64,000 nucleotides of DNA, taken from contig CAZWNW010000004.1 in NCBI GenBank assembly GCA_964636255.1, positions 114,076 to 178,075 of the forward strand, in the 5' to 3' direction. A model generated the notes under the pieces. The model saw nothing but the letters and a program-made list of their open reading frames with translations, did no database searches and had not been told where the DNA came from. A program made the translations under genes and the position numbers. This DNA is from an uncultured Bacteriovoracaceae bacterium. Lineage in GTDB: Bacteria > Bdellovibrionota > UBA2428. Below, one piece after another: positions 1 to 9,304 of the stretch (its first letter is position 1; the number at the start of each line of letters is the position of its first letter).

Positions 1-828
1 GATTCCATTATAGCAAAGGATGATGTTTATTCGGACCGAATCCGCTGTGACCACCCCACTGTTCGTTCGGGCGAACGCTTAGCAGATCTATTGATCTCTG
101 CCGCCGATCGATCGGGACGCGGGAAAATTCTGACACTTGTAGATGCGCGTCACGAGTCGGCACTGCTACGATCCGGTTTTTTGATCGCGGGACGGATGGA
201 AGGCTTTTATCAAGGCCTTCATGACTGTTCCGTGATGACCTTCAACATGGATCCCCGACGTCGACAACTCGCCAATCCTAAGGAAGTCTCCCGAGTGAAC
301 GAGGCCCTCAACAAGACACATCCTCTTGAGAAAGAGAGCCTCCAAAAAACTATCGAGCAGCTTGATCTTTCGGCGCCTATTGCCGGACCCGAAAATGCCG
401 AGGAAATTGCAGCTTTGATTGGGCAAACCTTTGCTGACTATCCCACCCCAAGCCATGACCCAGCCTACATTGCCGACTGTCTTAGTAATGGGTCCGTATT
501 CCGTTACGTGCATGAGTCGGGAAAAATCCTCGCCTGTGCCTCGGCCGATCTGGTTCCCTCTGCAAAAACTGCGGAACTTACCGACTGCGCGACTCTCCCA
601 CGGCAACGCGGTCGCGGCCTCATGAAAAAAATCCTCTGGGACCTAATGCAGGATTTAAGGAAAATGGATTATCCCACCGCTTTTACGCTGGCTCGCGCAC
701 GAATTCCGGGCATCAACATCATTTTCAAACAACTCGGTTTTCAATATAGCGGGCAGATATCCCAGTCCTGTCGCATCGGCGAAGGTTTGGAAGACATCAA
801 TATATGGAGTCGAAAACTCCGCCCCTAG
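1..828 (+). CDS. GNAT-family N-acetyltransferase, probably 5'-truncated by the window edge (reading frame is open back to position 1)
   Basis: Acetyl-CoA binding motif Q-R-G-R-G-L-MKKIL (Q/RxxGxG/A) in the C-terminal half. There is no in-frame stop between position 1 and the first ATG at 91. Confidence 0.5.
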   Translation, partial: DSIIAKDDVYSDRIRCDHPTVRSGERLADLLISAADRSGRGKILTLVDARHESALLRSGFLIAGRMEGFYQGLHDCSVMTFNMDPRRRQLANPKEVSRVNEALNKTHPLEKESLQKTIEQLDLSAPIAGPENAEEIAALIGQTFADYPTPSHDPAYIADCLSNGSVFRYVHESGKILACASADLVPSAKTAELTDCATLPRQRGRGLMKKILWDLMQDLRKMDYPTAFTLARARIPGINIIFKQLGFQYSGQISQSCRIGEGLEDINIWSRKLRP

Positions 829-884
829 CACAAGGCTTGCAGTTGGCCCGATTCTTGTAAGGGGATTCCTGAAAAGGAGTCTCT

Positions 885-2309
885 ATGCCACAGGATCCAG
901 TTTTTCTAAAATTAAAATCCCTCCAGGCCCGCGGAAGCGATAAGCAACTCATCACCGTCGAGGTTCTTAAAGTTCGCGGTCCGCAACAGATATCTGTTAC
1001 TGGACTTCCGGATTCTTGGTTGAAAGAGGGACTCGAAAAAATTCGATGTCTCTTAAAACAATCCGGCGGCTGGAGCCCAACCGATCAAATTCTCGTCCAC
1101 CTTTTACCGGCCGAAGCCCCGAAGTTCGGCGCGCAACTGGAGCTCCCGATTTATCTGGGCGCACAACTTGCACTAGAGACCGCTGAAGTTGATCTACAAA
1201 AATTGCAGCAGAAATTAGACCAACAGCCAGTAGTAGGCGCGCTCACCCTGGAAGGCCGCATTGTTAACACGCAATTTTCAGAGGAAGCGATCGATGAAGA
1301 TCCGCAAATACTTGGACCCCACTACTTTTCAAACATCGACGAATTGATGGCCTACTTCCGCGGCGAAGAAGTTCTTGGAAGTCCATGTTTTGATCGCAAA
1401 AGTTTCATCAAGAGTCCGATCGAAAATCTTCCTGTCCACGGCCTAGAGGCTGAACGCTTTTGGATCAGTTGCGCAGCCATTGCCGATACAGCGGTGATCC
1501 TGATGGGACCTCCCGGAGTTGGTAAAAGCCATTTGGCTCGCTGGGCCCATACGATTCTTCCACCGCTTGACGATCAAAGTCGCCGTGAAGTCGAACGCCT
1601 TTGGCGTGCCGCCAATTTGGATTTCACCAATCATCGGCCCGTGATCATGCCCCATAGTCGAACGCGCTATTCAGATTTCATCGGCACACAAAGCCTGCAA
1701 CAACTGAAGCCCGGCCTCTACGCTTTGGCACATCGGGGGCTGATGATTTTGGACGAATTCCACGAACTCAATCGAGATTGTCGTGAATTGCTGAGAACCG
1801 TGTTGGATCAAAAGCGGATTCTAAAACACACGCGGGCTGGTACCCACTATTGGCCCGCTGACTTTTGGGCAATCCTTACCGCCAACCCCTGCGAGTGCGG
1901 TTACTCCGAGGGACGCGACCTCAGTCGGTGCAGCTGCCTACGTAGTTCTTTCCAGAAATATCAGTCGCGCTTGAGTGGACCATTGCTAGATCGAATGGGG
2001 GTTCGACGTTTTGTGCTGGGAGAAAAGTCGACCGTAGATGCCGAGGATCTTAGTCTCTTTCAACGGCTACTGGGGACGAATGAGGAAGACTTGCGCAGTC
2101 GAATGGCGGAGTGGAAGGCGCAGTTTCAAGTCGCAAGTGCAGAGTCACTGGAGGAGGCCGAGAAAGTTGCAGCGGGTCGGCAGCCTATTTTGGAAAAGAA
2201 GCTGAGATTAGCCCTTAAGGTCACCAAGCTTTATTCAGAATCTGAAATAGACAGATTCATGAAGTCAAAACGCCAACATGAAAAGCGTTATTTCCAATTG
2301 AGGTTGTAA
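885..2309 (+). CDS. comM: YifB/ComM family Mg-chelatase-like AAA+ ATPase
   Basis: N-terminal Lon-protease-like domain. Walker A GPPGVGKS and Walker B LMILDEFHEL. C-terminal C-x2-C...C-x-C cluster typical of YifB. RBS AAAAGGAG upstream. Confidence 0.8.
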   Translation: MPQDPVFLKLKSLQARGSDKQLITVEVLKVRGPQQISVTGLPDSWLKEGLEKIRCLLKQSGGWSPTDQILVHLLPAEAPKFGAQLELPIYLGAQLALETAEVDLQKLQQKLDQQPVVGALTLEGRIVNTQFSEEAIDEDPQILGPHYFSNIDELMAYFRGEEVLGSPCFDRKSFIKSPIENLPVHGLEAERFWISCAAIADTAVILMGPPGVGKSHLARWAHTILPPLDDQSRREVERLWRAANLDFTNHRPVIMPHSRTRYSDFIGTQSLQQLKPGLYALAHRGLMILDEFHELNRDCRELLRTVLDQKRILKHTRAGTHYWPADFWAILTANPCECGYSEGRDLSRCSCLRSSFQKYQSRLSGPLLDRMGVRRFVLGEKSTVDAEDLSLFQRLLGTNEEDLRSRMAEWKAQFQVASAESLEEAEKVAAGRQPILEKKLRLALKVTKLYSESEIDRFMKSKRQHEKRYFQLRL

Positions 2310-2310
2310 A

Positions 2311-2964
2311 ATGCGCTATCGCTGTTTGGCCTGCACTTCCGAAGAGGGCGCGATGAAGTTTGGTTTTTGTGAAAGCTGTCGTCGACGACTCATCGATATT
2401 AGTTACCCACGATCATGTTACGAGCAGAACACTTCGGTTGTTGTTTCGGCCCTCTATCAGCATCCGATCTCGACCCTGATCAAACGAGCAAAGGAGCAAG
2501 GTTCTTCCTTTTGGGACGAGGAGCTACGGCGATTTTTTTCGCAGTGGATTTCTCACTGGGCCGAAGTAGTTAAGGATTTGAAATTCGACGCCATTGTCTC
2601 CGTTCCCGGACATCCGCTCCGCATTCACTTGGAAACAGATCTTGCGGCCTTCATTGCATTGGAGCTATCGCGAATCACAAAAAAATCTGTGATCAGCGAA
2701 GCCTTGATCCGAAGAAGACTGGCAAAGGAAGATTTCTTTTTTCTAAATAAAAATCCCAACATCACGGAGCGACTGCACTGGCGTCCCTTTCGATTTGAGC
2801 TTCCCGATGAAAGGCGTCGCCTCCCTCCAGGCATTCGTGTTTTGCTTGTCGACGATGTTATGGCCAGCGGATCAACGCTCAGACGCTGTCGCGAACTTTT
2901 GGGCCGTCAGGGCATTCCCGTAGTGGCGAGCTTTGTTCTCAGCGCGGCTCGTGCGCGAATGTGA
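2311..2964 (+). CDS. comF: ComF-family protein (double zinc ribbon + phosphoribosyltransferase domain)
   Basis: N-terminal CLAC...CESC zinc ribbon. PRTase motif VLLVDDVMASGSTL. Start overlaps the comM stop (TAAAATG). Confidence 0.7.
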   Translation: MRYRCLACTSEEGAMKFGFCESCRRRLIDISYPRSCYEQNTSVVVSALYQHPISTLIKRAKEQGSSFWDEELRRFFSQWISHWAEVVKDLKFDAIVSVPGHPLRIHLETDLAAFIALELSRITKKSVISEALIRRRLAKEDFFFLNKNPNITERLHWRPFRFELPDERRRLPPGIRVLLVDDVMASGSTLRRCRELLGRQGIPVVASFVLSAARARM

Positions 2965-2993
2965 GGCTCTTTACATAATGTGTCAGATGGGGC

Positions 2994-4328
2994 ATGCTGC
3001 GTCGCACTGTGAAAATGCTAGGCAAGCTGAGAAGCATTTTATTCCTTTTATTTCTGAGCTTTAGCTCTTTATCGTGGTCCTCTTTTCTTGTCCGACTACT
3101 GGAAACGGACGAAGCCGCCGCAGTTGCCCGCATTCGAGCCCTGCAACGAGCCCGACAAGAAATCAATGGCCTCTATTTTATCTTTGGAAAAGACGAAAGC
3201 GCTCTACGCGGTCTAGCCGTCGCACGAGAGGCGGCCCTTCGTCACGGGGTACGTTCGCGCCTGATCATTGATGGAATGTTCAATTCCATCCCACCTGCAA
3301 TGATTCGGCACCTGAGTGACATCGGAGTTCACATCCGCGTTTACAATCCCTTTCGGTTGCGACAGGTGATGGATCTTAGTTTTCTTCACCGCATGCATGA
3401 AAAAGGGATTTGCGTCGATGGGCTCATATCCCATATCGGTGGACGTAATGCGGAAAGCGCTTATTTTGGAAAAGATCAAATACGCCCGAACTATATCGAT
3501 CGTGATTTGGAAATCTGGTCCAAGGAATTTTGTGATCAGTTCAATGCATACTTCAATGAACTCTGGGCCAATGCAGATCGAGTGAGTGAAGCTGACTTTA
3601 GCGATGTGAAAAACTCCGAAGTCATTGCCGCATCTGAAAAGCTACAGAGAGTTCACGACGAACTGATGCTGGGTTACGCCGATCCCAAGTGGGATGCGAT
3701 TGACGCCGCAATTCCGGCCTTCGAAGTGGCAACTGTTCCCGTACTACTTCGCCGCACCAACGAAAAAACCATGGCTCAAGTCGTGACCGAAGAGATTCAG
3801 CAAGCAGAAGAAAGCGTCTTCAAAGAAAGCCCCTATTTTGTCCTTACCCCCGAGATGCATGCGCTTATGCAGCACGAAATCAATGTTCGCGGAATCCATT
3901 GGCGACTACTGACTAATTCGCCATTTTCTTCGGACGGGGTCATCGCTGCTGCGGCCTATAGGAACGATCGACCGCGAGCCGCCCGCACTGGTCTTGAGCT
4001 CTGGGAATTCAATGGACCGCGTTCGCTTCATTCCAAAACTGCCGTGATCGATAGGAAGCGAGTTCTTGTCGGTACTTTTAATATGGATCCGCGCTCTCAG
4101 AATGTTAACGGTGAATGGGGAGTCCGAGTTGATAGTCCCGAGCTGGCCGCCGCCATTTTGAAAACGATGGATGAGAACATTGCGAACTCAAGTCTTGCTG
4201 CAAAGGGCGGCATTGAATATCCCGAAAACGTCAAAGCCATTTCTAAACCACGCGGTTTCAAAAGGCAGGTGATTTACAACTGCTCTCGACCACTGGCCAG
4301 AATCCCCTTCATTAAAAATCAAATTTAA
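2994..4328 (+). CDS. Phospholipase D superfamily protein with two HKD motifs and an N-terminal hydrophobic anchor (cardiolipin-synthase-like or PLD-like)
   Basis: HKD motif 1 is HEKGICVDG. HKD motif 2 is HSKTAVIDRKRVLVGTFNMDPRS (HxKx4Dx6G[ST]xN). N-terminal LRSILFLLFLSFSSLSWSSFLV is a TM/signal segment. Confidence 0.65.
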   Translation: MLRRTVKMLGKLRSILFLLFLSFSSLSWSSFLVRLLETDEAAAVARIRALQRARQEINGLYFIFGKDESALRGLAVAREAALRHGVRSRLIIDGMFNSIPPAMIRHLSDIGVHIRVYNPFRLRQVMDLSFLHRMHEKGICVDGLISHIGGRNAESAYFGKDQIRPNYIDRDLEIWSKEFCDQFNAYFNELWANADRVSEADFSDVKNSEVIAASEKLQRVHDELMLGYADPKWDAIDAAIPAFEVATVPVLLRRTNEKTMAQVVTEEIQQAEESVFKESPYFVLTPEMHALMQHEINVRGIHWRLLTNSPFSSDGVIAAAAYRNDRPRAARTGLELWEFNGPRSLHSKTAVIDRKRVLVGTFNMDPRSQNVNGEWGVRVDSPELAAAILKTMDENIANSSLAAKGGIEYPENVKAISKPRGFKRQVIYNCSRPLARIPFIKNQI

Positions 4329-7225
4329 CGAAGCTGGGCTTCCAAACCCTCGTCAAAACCAAGTGCTGGAGAAGTTTTCAGGACTTTCGCAAGATGCTGG
4401 GCCGTGAAACCTTTCAAATTCGCTGCGACTTCCTCGGGGGTGCCCTCGTCAACAATGAAGCCGCCCGCGTCTCCGCCGTCGGGGCCAAAGTCGATAATCC
4501 AATCTGCAAATTTCAAGACATCCAAATTGTGTTCAATAATAATGAGCGTATTTCCGCGTTCGACAAGTTCATTCAAAGTGCCCAATAAAACAGCAATGTC
4601 CCGCAAATGAAGACCCGTTGTCGGTTCATCCATTACATAAACGGTCGTTGAACCATCGTTTCTCAATAGTTCGCGCGCAATTTTTAAACGCTGACTTTCT
4701 CCGCCCGAAAGCGTGTTAGACGGTTGTCCCAAACGCAAATAACCCAATCCAACTTTTTCCAAAACACTCAATGCATTGATCAATTTTCTTTCGGTCGCAA
4801 AAAACTGCCGGGCTTCGTTAACAGTCATGCGCAGGATATCGTCGATATTTTTTCCATTGAACTGAATATCAAGAACCGCTTTTTTAAAGCGCTTGCCTTC
4901 GCATTCGTCGCAAAGAATGAAGAGGTCCTCCATGAAGACCATTTCGACCCGCACATAACCTTCACCTTCACAGGTCTCGCAGCGGCCCCCGGGAATGTTG
5001 AAAGAGAAAAAGCCAGGATGGTAGCCCTTGCGCCGGGCTTCCGGTGTCGAAGCAAAGAGTTCCCGAACGGCATCAAAAGCTTTGAGAAAAGTGATGGGGT
5101 TCGAACGGGGACTTCGCCCGATGGCTTCCTGGTCGATCAGCTGAACGCCTGACAAACCCTCGAAACCTCGAATTTTTTTAAAGATCCCCACCTCGTCGAT
5201 TTCCTGCATCAAAATACGCGCCAAAGCCGGATATAAAGTTTTTCGAATTGCAGATGATTTTCCACTACCAGAAACTCCTGAAACACAGGTCATCATTCCC
5301 AGTGGAATTTTGAGATCAACATCTTGCAAATTATTTTCACGACAACCTAAGACTTCCAACCAACGCACTTCGCGGCGGCGGTCTTTGAAACGGTCTAATC
5401 GGCGTCGCCGCGGAAAAGGAATTCGTCGATCACCACAGAGAAAATCATAACTGTGGCCATGACCATTTTCCTGCTGAAAAAATCCTTTCGTAGGGCCCTG
5501 AAAAACGATTTCGCCGCCTTTTTCGCCGGCTTCGGGCCCTAGATCCACCAAATAATCAGACGCCTCGATCAAATCTGGATCATGTTCAACGACGACGACC
5601 GTGTTTTTCAATGCGGCCAAATCTTTGAGAATAGCGATCAAGCGCTGGGTATCGCGCGGATGAAGTCCGATGCTGGGCTCGTCCAAAACATAGGTGGTCT
5701 GCGTAAGACGCGTTCCCAATTGATTGGCCAATGCTATGCGCTGAGTTTCCCCGCCCGAAAGGGTCCGAGCCAAGCGATTTAATGTTAGATATTCAAGTCC
5801 CACGCGACAGAGGAAATCAAGACGCGTGTGTACCTGATGGAGAATATCTTTTGCGGCGATGGCTTCACTTTTCGTTAGCTTCAATTCCTTAAACCATTTT
5901 TGAAGCGCCCCGATATTCATACGGGTCAAATCCGAGATCGCCTTTTTGTGAAATTTTACGGCACGTGCTTCGGCCCGCAAACGGTCGCCATTGCAGGCCT
6001 TACAAGTTTTAGGACTGCGGTAGCGAGACAAGAAGACCCGAGCCGAAGTTTTGTATTTCTCCTCTTCAAGATCTTCGAACATAGCCTCGACGCCGCGGAA
6101 ATCGCCGGCGCCACCCCAAATCTTAGTTTTTTGAGATTCTGGAAGGTCGGCCCAGGGAAGATTGAGGGAAATTTTTTCCTTTTTACAAAATAGAATCAGC
6201 TTCTTTAACCACTCACGCGCAGAGGGTTTACTGAGGGGATCGATCGCCCCCTGAGCAACAGAAAGCCGAGGATTAGGGACCACGAGATCCAGATCAATCG
6301 TCAGGATATTTCCAAATCCGCGACATTTTTCACAAGCGCCCATTGGCGAATTGAAGGAAAACAGTAGAGGTGTCAGATCGGGATACCGTTTCGAGCCCTC
6401 ATCAGTCGATGGATAATCCGTGAGCCGTTGTTCCTCTACGAGCTTCTGCTTCTCATCGATCACCCAAACCCGCGCGCGGCCAAAACCTTCTCGATAGGCC
6501 TGGATCAAGGCATCTTCAATACGCCCACGGCTTTCAGGGTCAATAGAACTGCGATCCGTAATGACAAAAAGTGTTTTTCGGCTTCCCGATTTACCAAGAA
6601 GCAGCGCGCTTTTTTTGGCCAAGGTTTCCTGGATATCAACAGCCGGAAAATCTGCGCCATCTTTCAGTTCTGCGTCTGAAAGCGCGTAGGTGAAACCGCG
6701 AGCTAAAAGACTTTCCAGACTGAGCTTTCGATCAGAAACTTTTGACTTTGGAAAAAACTCTAGGGGGAAGCCTACGTAAAGCCGTTGGCCTGTAAAACGC
6801 TTCAAAAGATCTTCCGAGACTTCGTTGACGAGATTTTTTTTCACCTCGGCCCCGGTTTCCGGATCGAATTGTTTTCCTAATTTTGCATAGAGCAAACGCA
6901 AATAATCGTAAATTTCCGTGCTGGTTCCAACGGTAGATCGAGAATTTTTAGTTTGGTTTTTTTGCTCCAAAGCAATGGTCGGAGTGATTCCGCGAATTTC
7001 ATCCACATCCGGCTTTTCCTGTTTATCCAAAAACTGCCGAACATAGGTGCTGAGTGATTCCATGAAACGCCGCTGTCCTTCAGCAAAGAGCGTATTGAAA
7101 GCTAGCGAGGATTTGCCGCTTCCCGAGGGCCCGGTAACGACACTCAAAGCCCCTCGGGGGAAGCGCACGGTCACATTCTTCAAATTATGCTGCCGGGCGC
7201 CAATAATCTCAATCCAGGAGCTCAT
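4325..7225 (-). CDS. uvrA: Excinuclease ABC subunit A
   Basis: Two ABC ATPase modules with Walker A GPSGSGKSSLAF and GVSGSGKSS. LSGGE signature motifs. Zinc-finger Cys clusters. N-terminus MSSWIEIIGARQHNLKNV aligns with the canonical UvrA start. The track ORF extends 13 codons further upstream. Confidence 0.95.
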   Translation of the reverse strand: MSSWIEIIGARQHNLKNVTVRFPRGALSVVTGPSGSGKSSLAFNTLFAEGQRRFMESLSTYVRQFLDKQEKPDVDEIRGITPTIALEQKNQTKNSRSTVGTSTEIYDYLRLLYAKLGKQFDPETGAEVKKNLVNEVSEDLLKRFTGQRLYVGFPLEFFPKSKVSDRKLSLESLLARGFTYALSDAELKDGADFPAVDIQETLAKKSALLLGKSGSRKTLFVITDRSSIDPESRGRIEDALIQAYREGFGRARVWVIDEKQKLVEEQRLTDYPSTDEGSKRYPDLTPLLFSFNSPMGACEKCRGFGNILTIDLDLVVPNPRLSVAQGAIDPLSKPSAREWLKKLILFCKKEKISLNLPWADLPESQKTKIWGGAGDFRGVEAMFEDLEEEKYKTSARVFLSRYRSPKTCKACNGDRLRAEARAVKFHKKAISDLTRMNIGALQKWFKELKLTKSEAIAAKDILHQVHTRLDFLCRVGLEYLTLNRLARTLSGGETQRIALANQLGTRLTQTTYVLDEPSIGLHPRDTQRLIAILKDLAALKNTVVVVEHDPDLIEASDYLVDLGPEAGEKGGEIVFQGPTKGFFQQENGHGHSYDFLCGDRRIPFPRRRRLDRFKDRRREVRWLEVLGCRENNLQDVDLKIPLGMMTCVSGVSGSGKSSAIRKTLYPALARILMQEIDEVGIFKKIRGFEGLSGVQLIDQEAIGRSPRSNPITFLKAFDAVRELFASTPEARRKGYHPGFFSFNIPGGRCETCEGEGYVRVEMVFMEDLFILCDECEGKRFKKAVLDIQFNGKNIDDILRMTVNEARQFFATERKLINALSVLEKVGLGYLRLGQPSNTLSGGESQRLKIARELLRNDGSTTVYVMDEPTTGLHLRDIAVLLGTLNELVERGNTLIIIEHNLDVLKFADWIIDFGPDGGDAGGFIVDEGTPEEVAANLKGFTAQHLAKVLKTSPALGFDEGLEAQLR

Positions 7226-7322
7226 TCGGCACAGGAGCATAGAACCCAGCATCTGGGTGCGCAATACAGTTCATGGGAAAAGAACTATTGAGTAAGCTAA
7301 AAGTGATGGCATTCTAATAGGA

Positions 7323-8297
7323 ATGTTTACGCCGGTTAAAATTAGCGAATATCTTCCCACATCTCGCCCCGAGGACCCACATGACAAACGCCTCGGTCAT
7401 TTCGTGGAGGTGGTCCCTGACTTCACCCTAGAAAGGGTAACTTCACTTCAGGAAGGCTCGGTAGTCGTTTTGGGATATGCCGACGACCGCGGCGTAGATC
7501 GTAACGGCGGCAGAACCGGGGCCTTTGCCGGACCTGATTTGATCCGCAAGTGGCTCTATCGACTTACCCCATCTTATCGACAAAAAACTTTTCCCAAAGT
7601 TTATGACATCGGTAACTTGAAAAGCTGGAGCATGGATTTGCTGGAAGCTCATGACGAAGCTCGCAAAGTCATTCATTCCTTAAGAAAACAGTCTCTCAAG
7701 ATCATTAGTTTGGGCGGTGGGCATGATTGGGCCTTTCCTGATTTGGTGGACTTCGCTGCGGACTTTAGTGATCATCCATGCAAAATCATCAACGTGGATG
7801 CTCACCTAGACATGCGGCCCAATCCCAAAGAATCCGAACGGAGCTCTCATTCCGGAAGTCCCTTTCGAAAAATCATTGAGGAATCGGGAAAGAAGAAAGC
7901 GGATATCGCAGTGCTAGGACTTCAAGAACATTGCAACTCGCCCCAACACATAGACTGGGCTCACAGTCACCGGGTATCGACCTTGTTTTTAGAAGAAGTT
8001 CCTGAAAACTTGGAAAGACGATGGCCCTTGATCGAGGATCGCCTACAGCTCAAGGCCAAAGACACTCAGTTTGCCGTAAGCATTGATATGGATGCGTTTC
8101 CTCAGTTCATGGCGCCCGGCGTGTCAGCACCGCAAGCCGTCGGCTTGGACCCGCGTCTCGTCCTCCACATGATCCGAACCTTGGGCACTCGCAATCAGCA
8201 TCTGGGAATTTATGAATTTAATCCTCGCTATGATATCGACGACCGCACGGCCCGACTTGCGGCCCAGTTTGCCTACCATTATCTCAGTTTGTTTTGA
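7323..8297 (+). CDS. Arginase/agmatinase/formiminoglutamase-family ureohydrolase
   Basis: Mn-binding motifs GGGHDWAFP, DAHLDMRP and SIDMDAF of the arginase fold. Confidence 0.7.
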   Translation: MFTPVKISEYLPTSRPEDPHDKRLGHFVEVVPDFTLERVTSLQEGSVVVLGYADDRGVDRNGGRTGAFAGPDLIRKWLYRLTPSYRQKTFPKVYDIGNLKSWSMDLLEAHDEARKVIHSLRKQSLKIISLGGGHDWAFPDLVDFAADFSDHPCKIINVDAHLDMRPNPKESERSSHSGSPFRKIIEESGKKKADIAVLGLQEHCNSPQHIDWAHSHRVSTLFLEEVPENLERRWPLIEDRLQLKAKDTQFAVSIDMDAFPQFMAPGVSAPQAVGLDPRLVLHMIRTLGTRNQHLGIYEFNPRYDIDDRTARLAAQFAYHYLSLF

Positions 8298-8301
8298 TTC
8301 A

Positions 8302-9303
8302 TCAGTGATCGTGGTCGTGCCCATCACCGTGATGATGTCCGGGCGGCAATAGTTTCCGTTCATCAACAGTTTTTGGACCGCTCTCTTTAGGCGTTTCACC
8401 GAAAAGAGTTTCCTCGTCGCGGCTTCCCGTCAGAAAACGTCCCTGAGCGCCACTCTGCACCTTCTCATCGGCGCTAATCAATTCACGAAATTCAGGGCCG
8501 GTCCTCGTTTTGATGAATCGCCCTGAACCATTGTCTTCGACGAAGACTTTTCCTAAGCCGCTTTGGTTTCGAATAAATAGAAAATCTTTATCGAAGTCAT
8601 AGGACCAGTACTGAGCGCGGCCCAAATCGCGCTCAACTTTTTTGCCTAATTGCGAATCGTAAAACTGAGCGTCCACAGGCGTCAGAAAGAATCTCTCTTC
8701 TGCCTTTTGGCGCTCACGCTCGGCGACTGATCCCCCGTAAACTCCGGGCATCTTCGGCTTTTCTTTGCTCTCGGCCGCTACGGCCACCGCTGTCTTTTGC
8801 TCTTCGGTAAGCGTCTTCAGGCTGGCTCGAATCATCTCATTCGCTAATAGCGAGCGCCGAACCATGGACTCTTTAAGACGCTGAACTTCCCGAGCCAAAC
8901 CCACCTGGTCCTTTTCTAATTTCGGACGTTCGTAGGAGTTGGTGAGTGGGAGTTCTCGGATGCGGCTTTCCACCAAGTTTAAAATACGTACTTTTTTTTC
9001 CAACAACTCGCTTTCAGCGACAAATTCCGCAACATGGCTTCTGTAGTGTGCACCCAACTGCTCGGAGCTCAGGCGTGAAATGAGATCAGTGGACACAGAC
9101 CCAAACGGACTTTGTTTATATTTTCTACTGATGGCCGCCTCTTTTTGATGAAAAGCCAAGAGTTCAGCATAGAGTTTTACAATCGCTGCAACGGGCGGCA
9201 CAGGCTGAGCTTTCCCAGCCTTAGACGGACTCTTCGATTGCGACAGGACCCAAGGCCCTGCTGCAAATAGAATAAGGAAGAGGAATCGTAATAATACCGG
9301 CAT
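8302..9303 (-). CDS. Secreted coiled-coil protein with His-rich C-terminus (HHHGDGHDHDH), hypothetical
   Basis: N-terminal signal peptide MPVLLRFLFLILFAAGPWVLS. One base downstream of the GH15 gene on the same strand, so probably co-transcribed. Confidence 0.5.
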   Translation of the reverse strand: MPVLLRFLFLILFAAGPWVLSQSKSPSKAGKAQPVPPVAAIVKLYAELLAFHQKEAAISRKYKQSPFGSVSTDLISRLSSEQLGAHYRSHVAEFVAESELLEKKVRILNLVESRIRELPLTNSYERPKLEKDQVGLAREVQRLKESMVRRSLLANEMIRASLKTLTEEQKTAVAVAAESKEKPKMPGVYGGSVAERERQKAEERFFLTPVDAQFYDSQLGKKVERDLGRAQYWSYDFDKDFLFIRNQSGLGKVFVEDNGSGRFIKTRTGPEFRELISADEKVQSGAQGRFLTGSRDEETLFGETPKESGPKTVDERKLLPPGHHHGDGHDHDH

Positions 9304-9304
9304 C

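Noticed and set aside
7226-7264. N-terminal 13-codon extension of uvrA (MRTQMLGSMLLCR)
   Set aside because: The canonical UvrA N-terminus aligns with the internal Met, so the extension is probably not translated.
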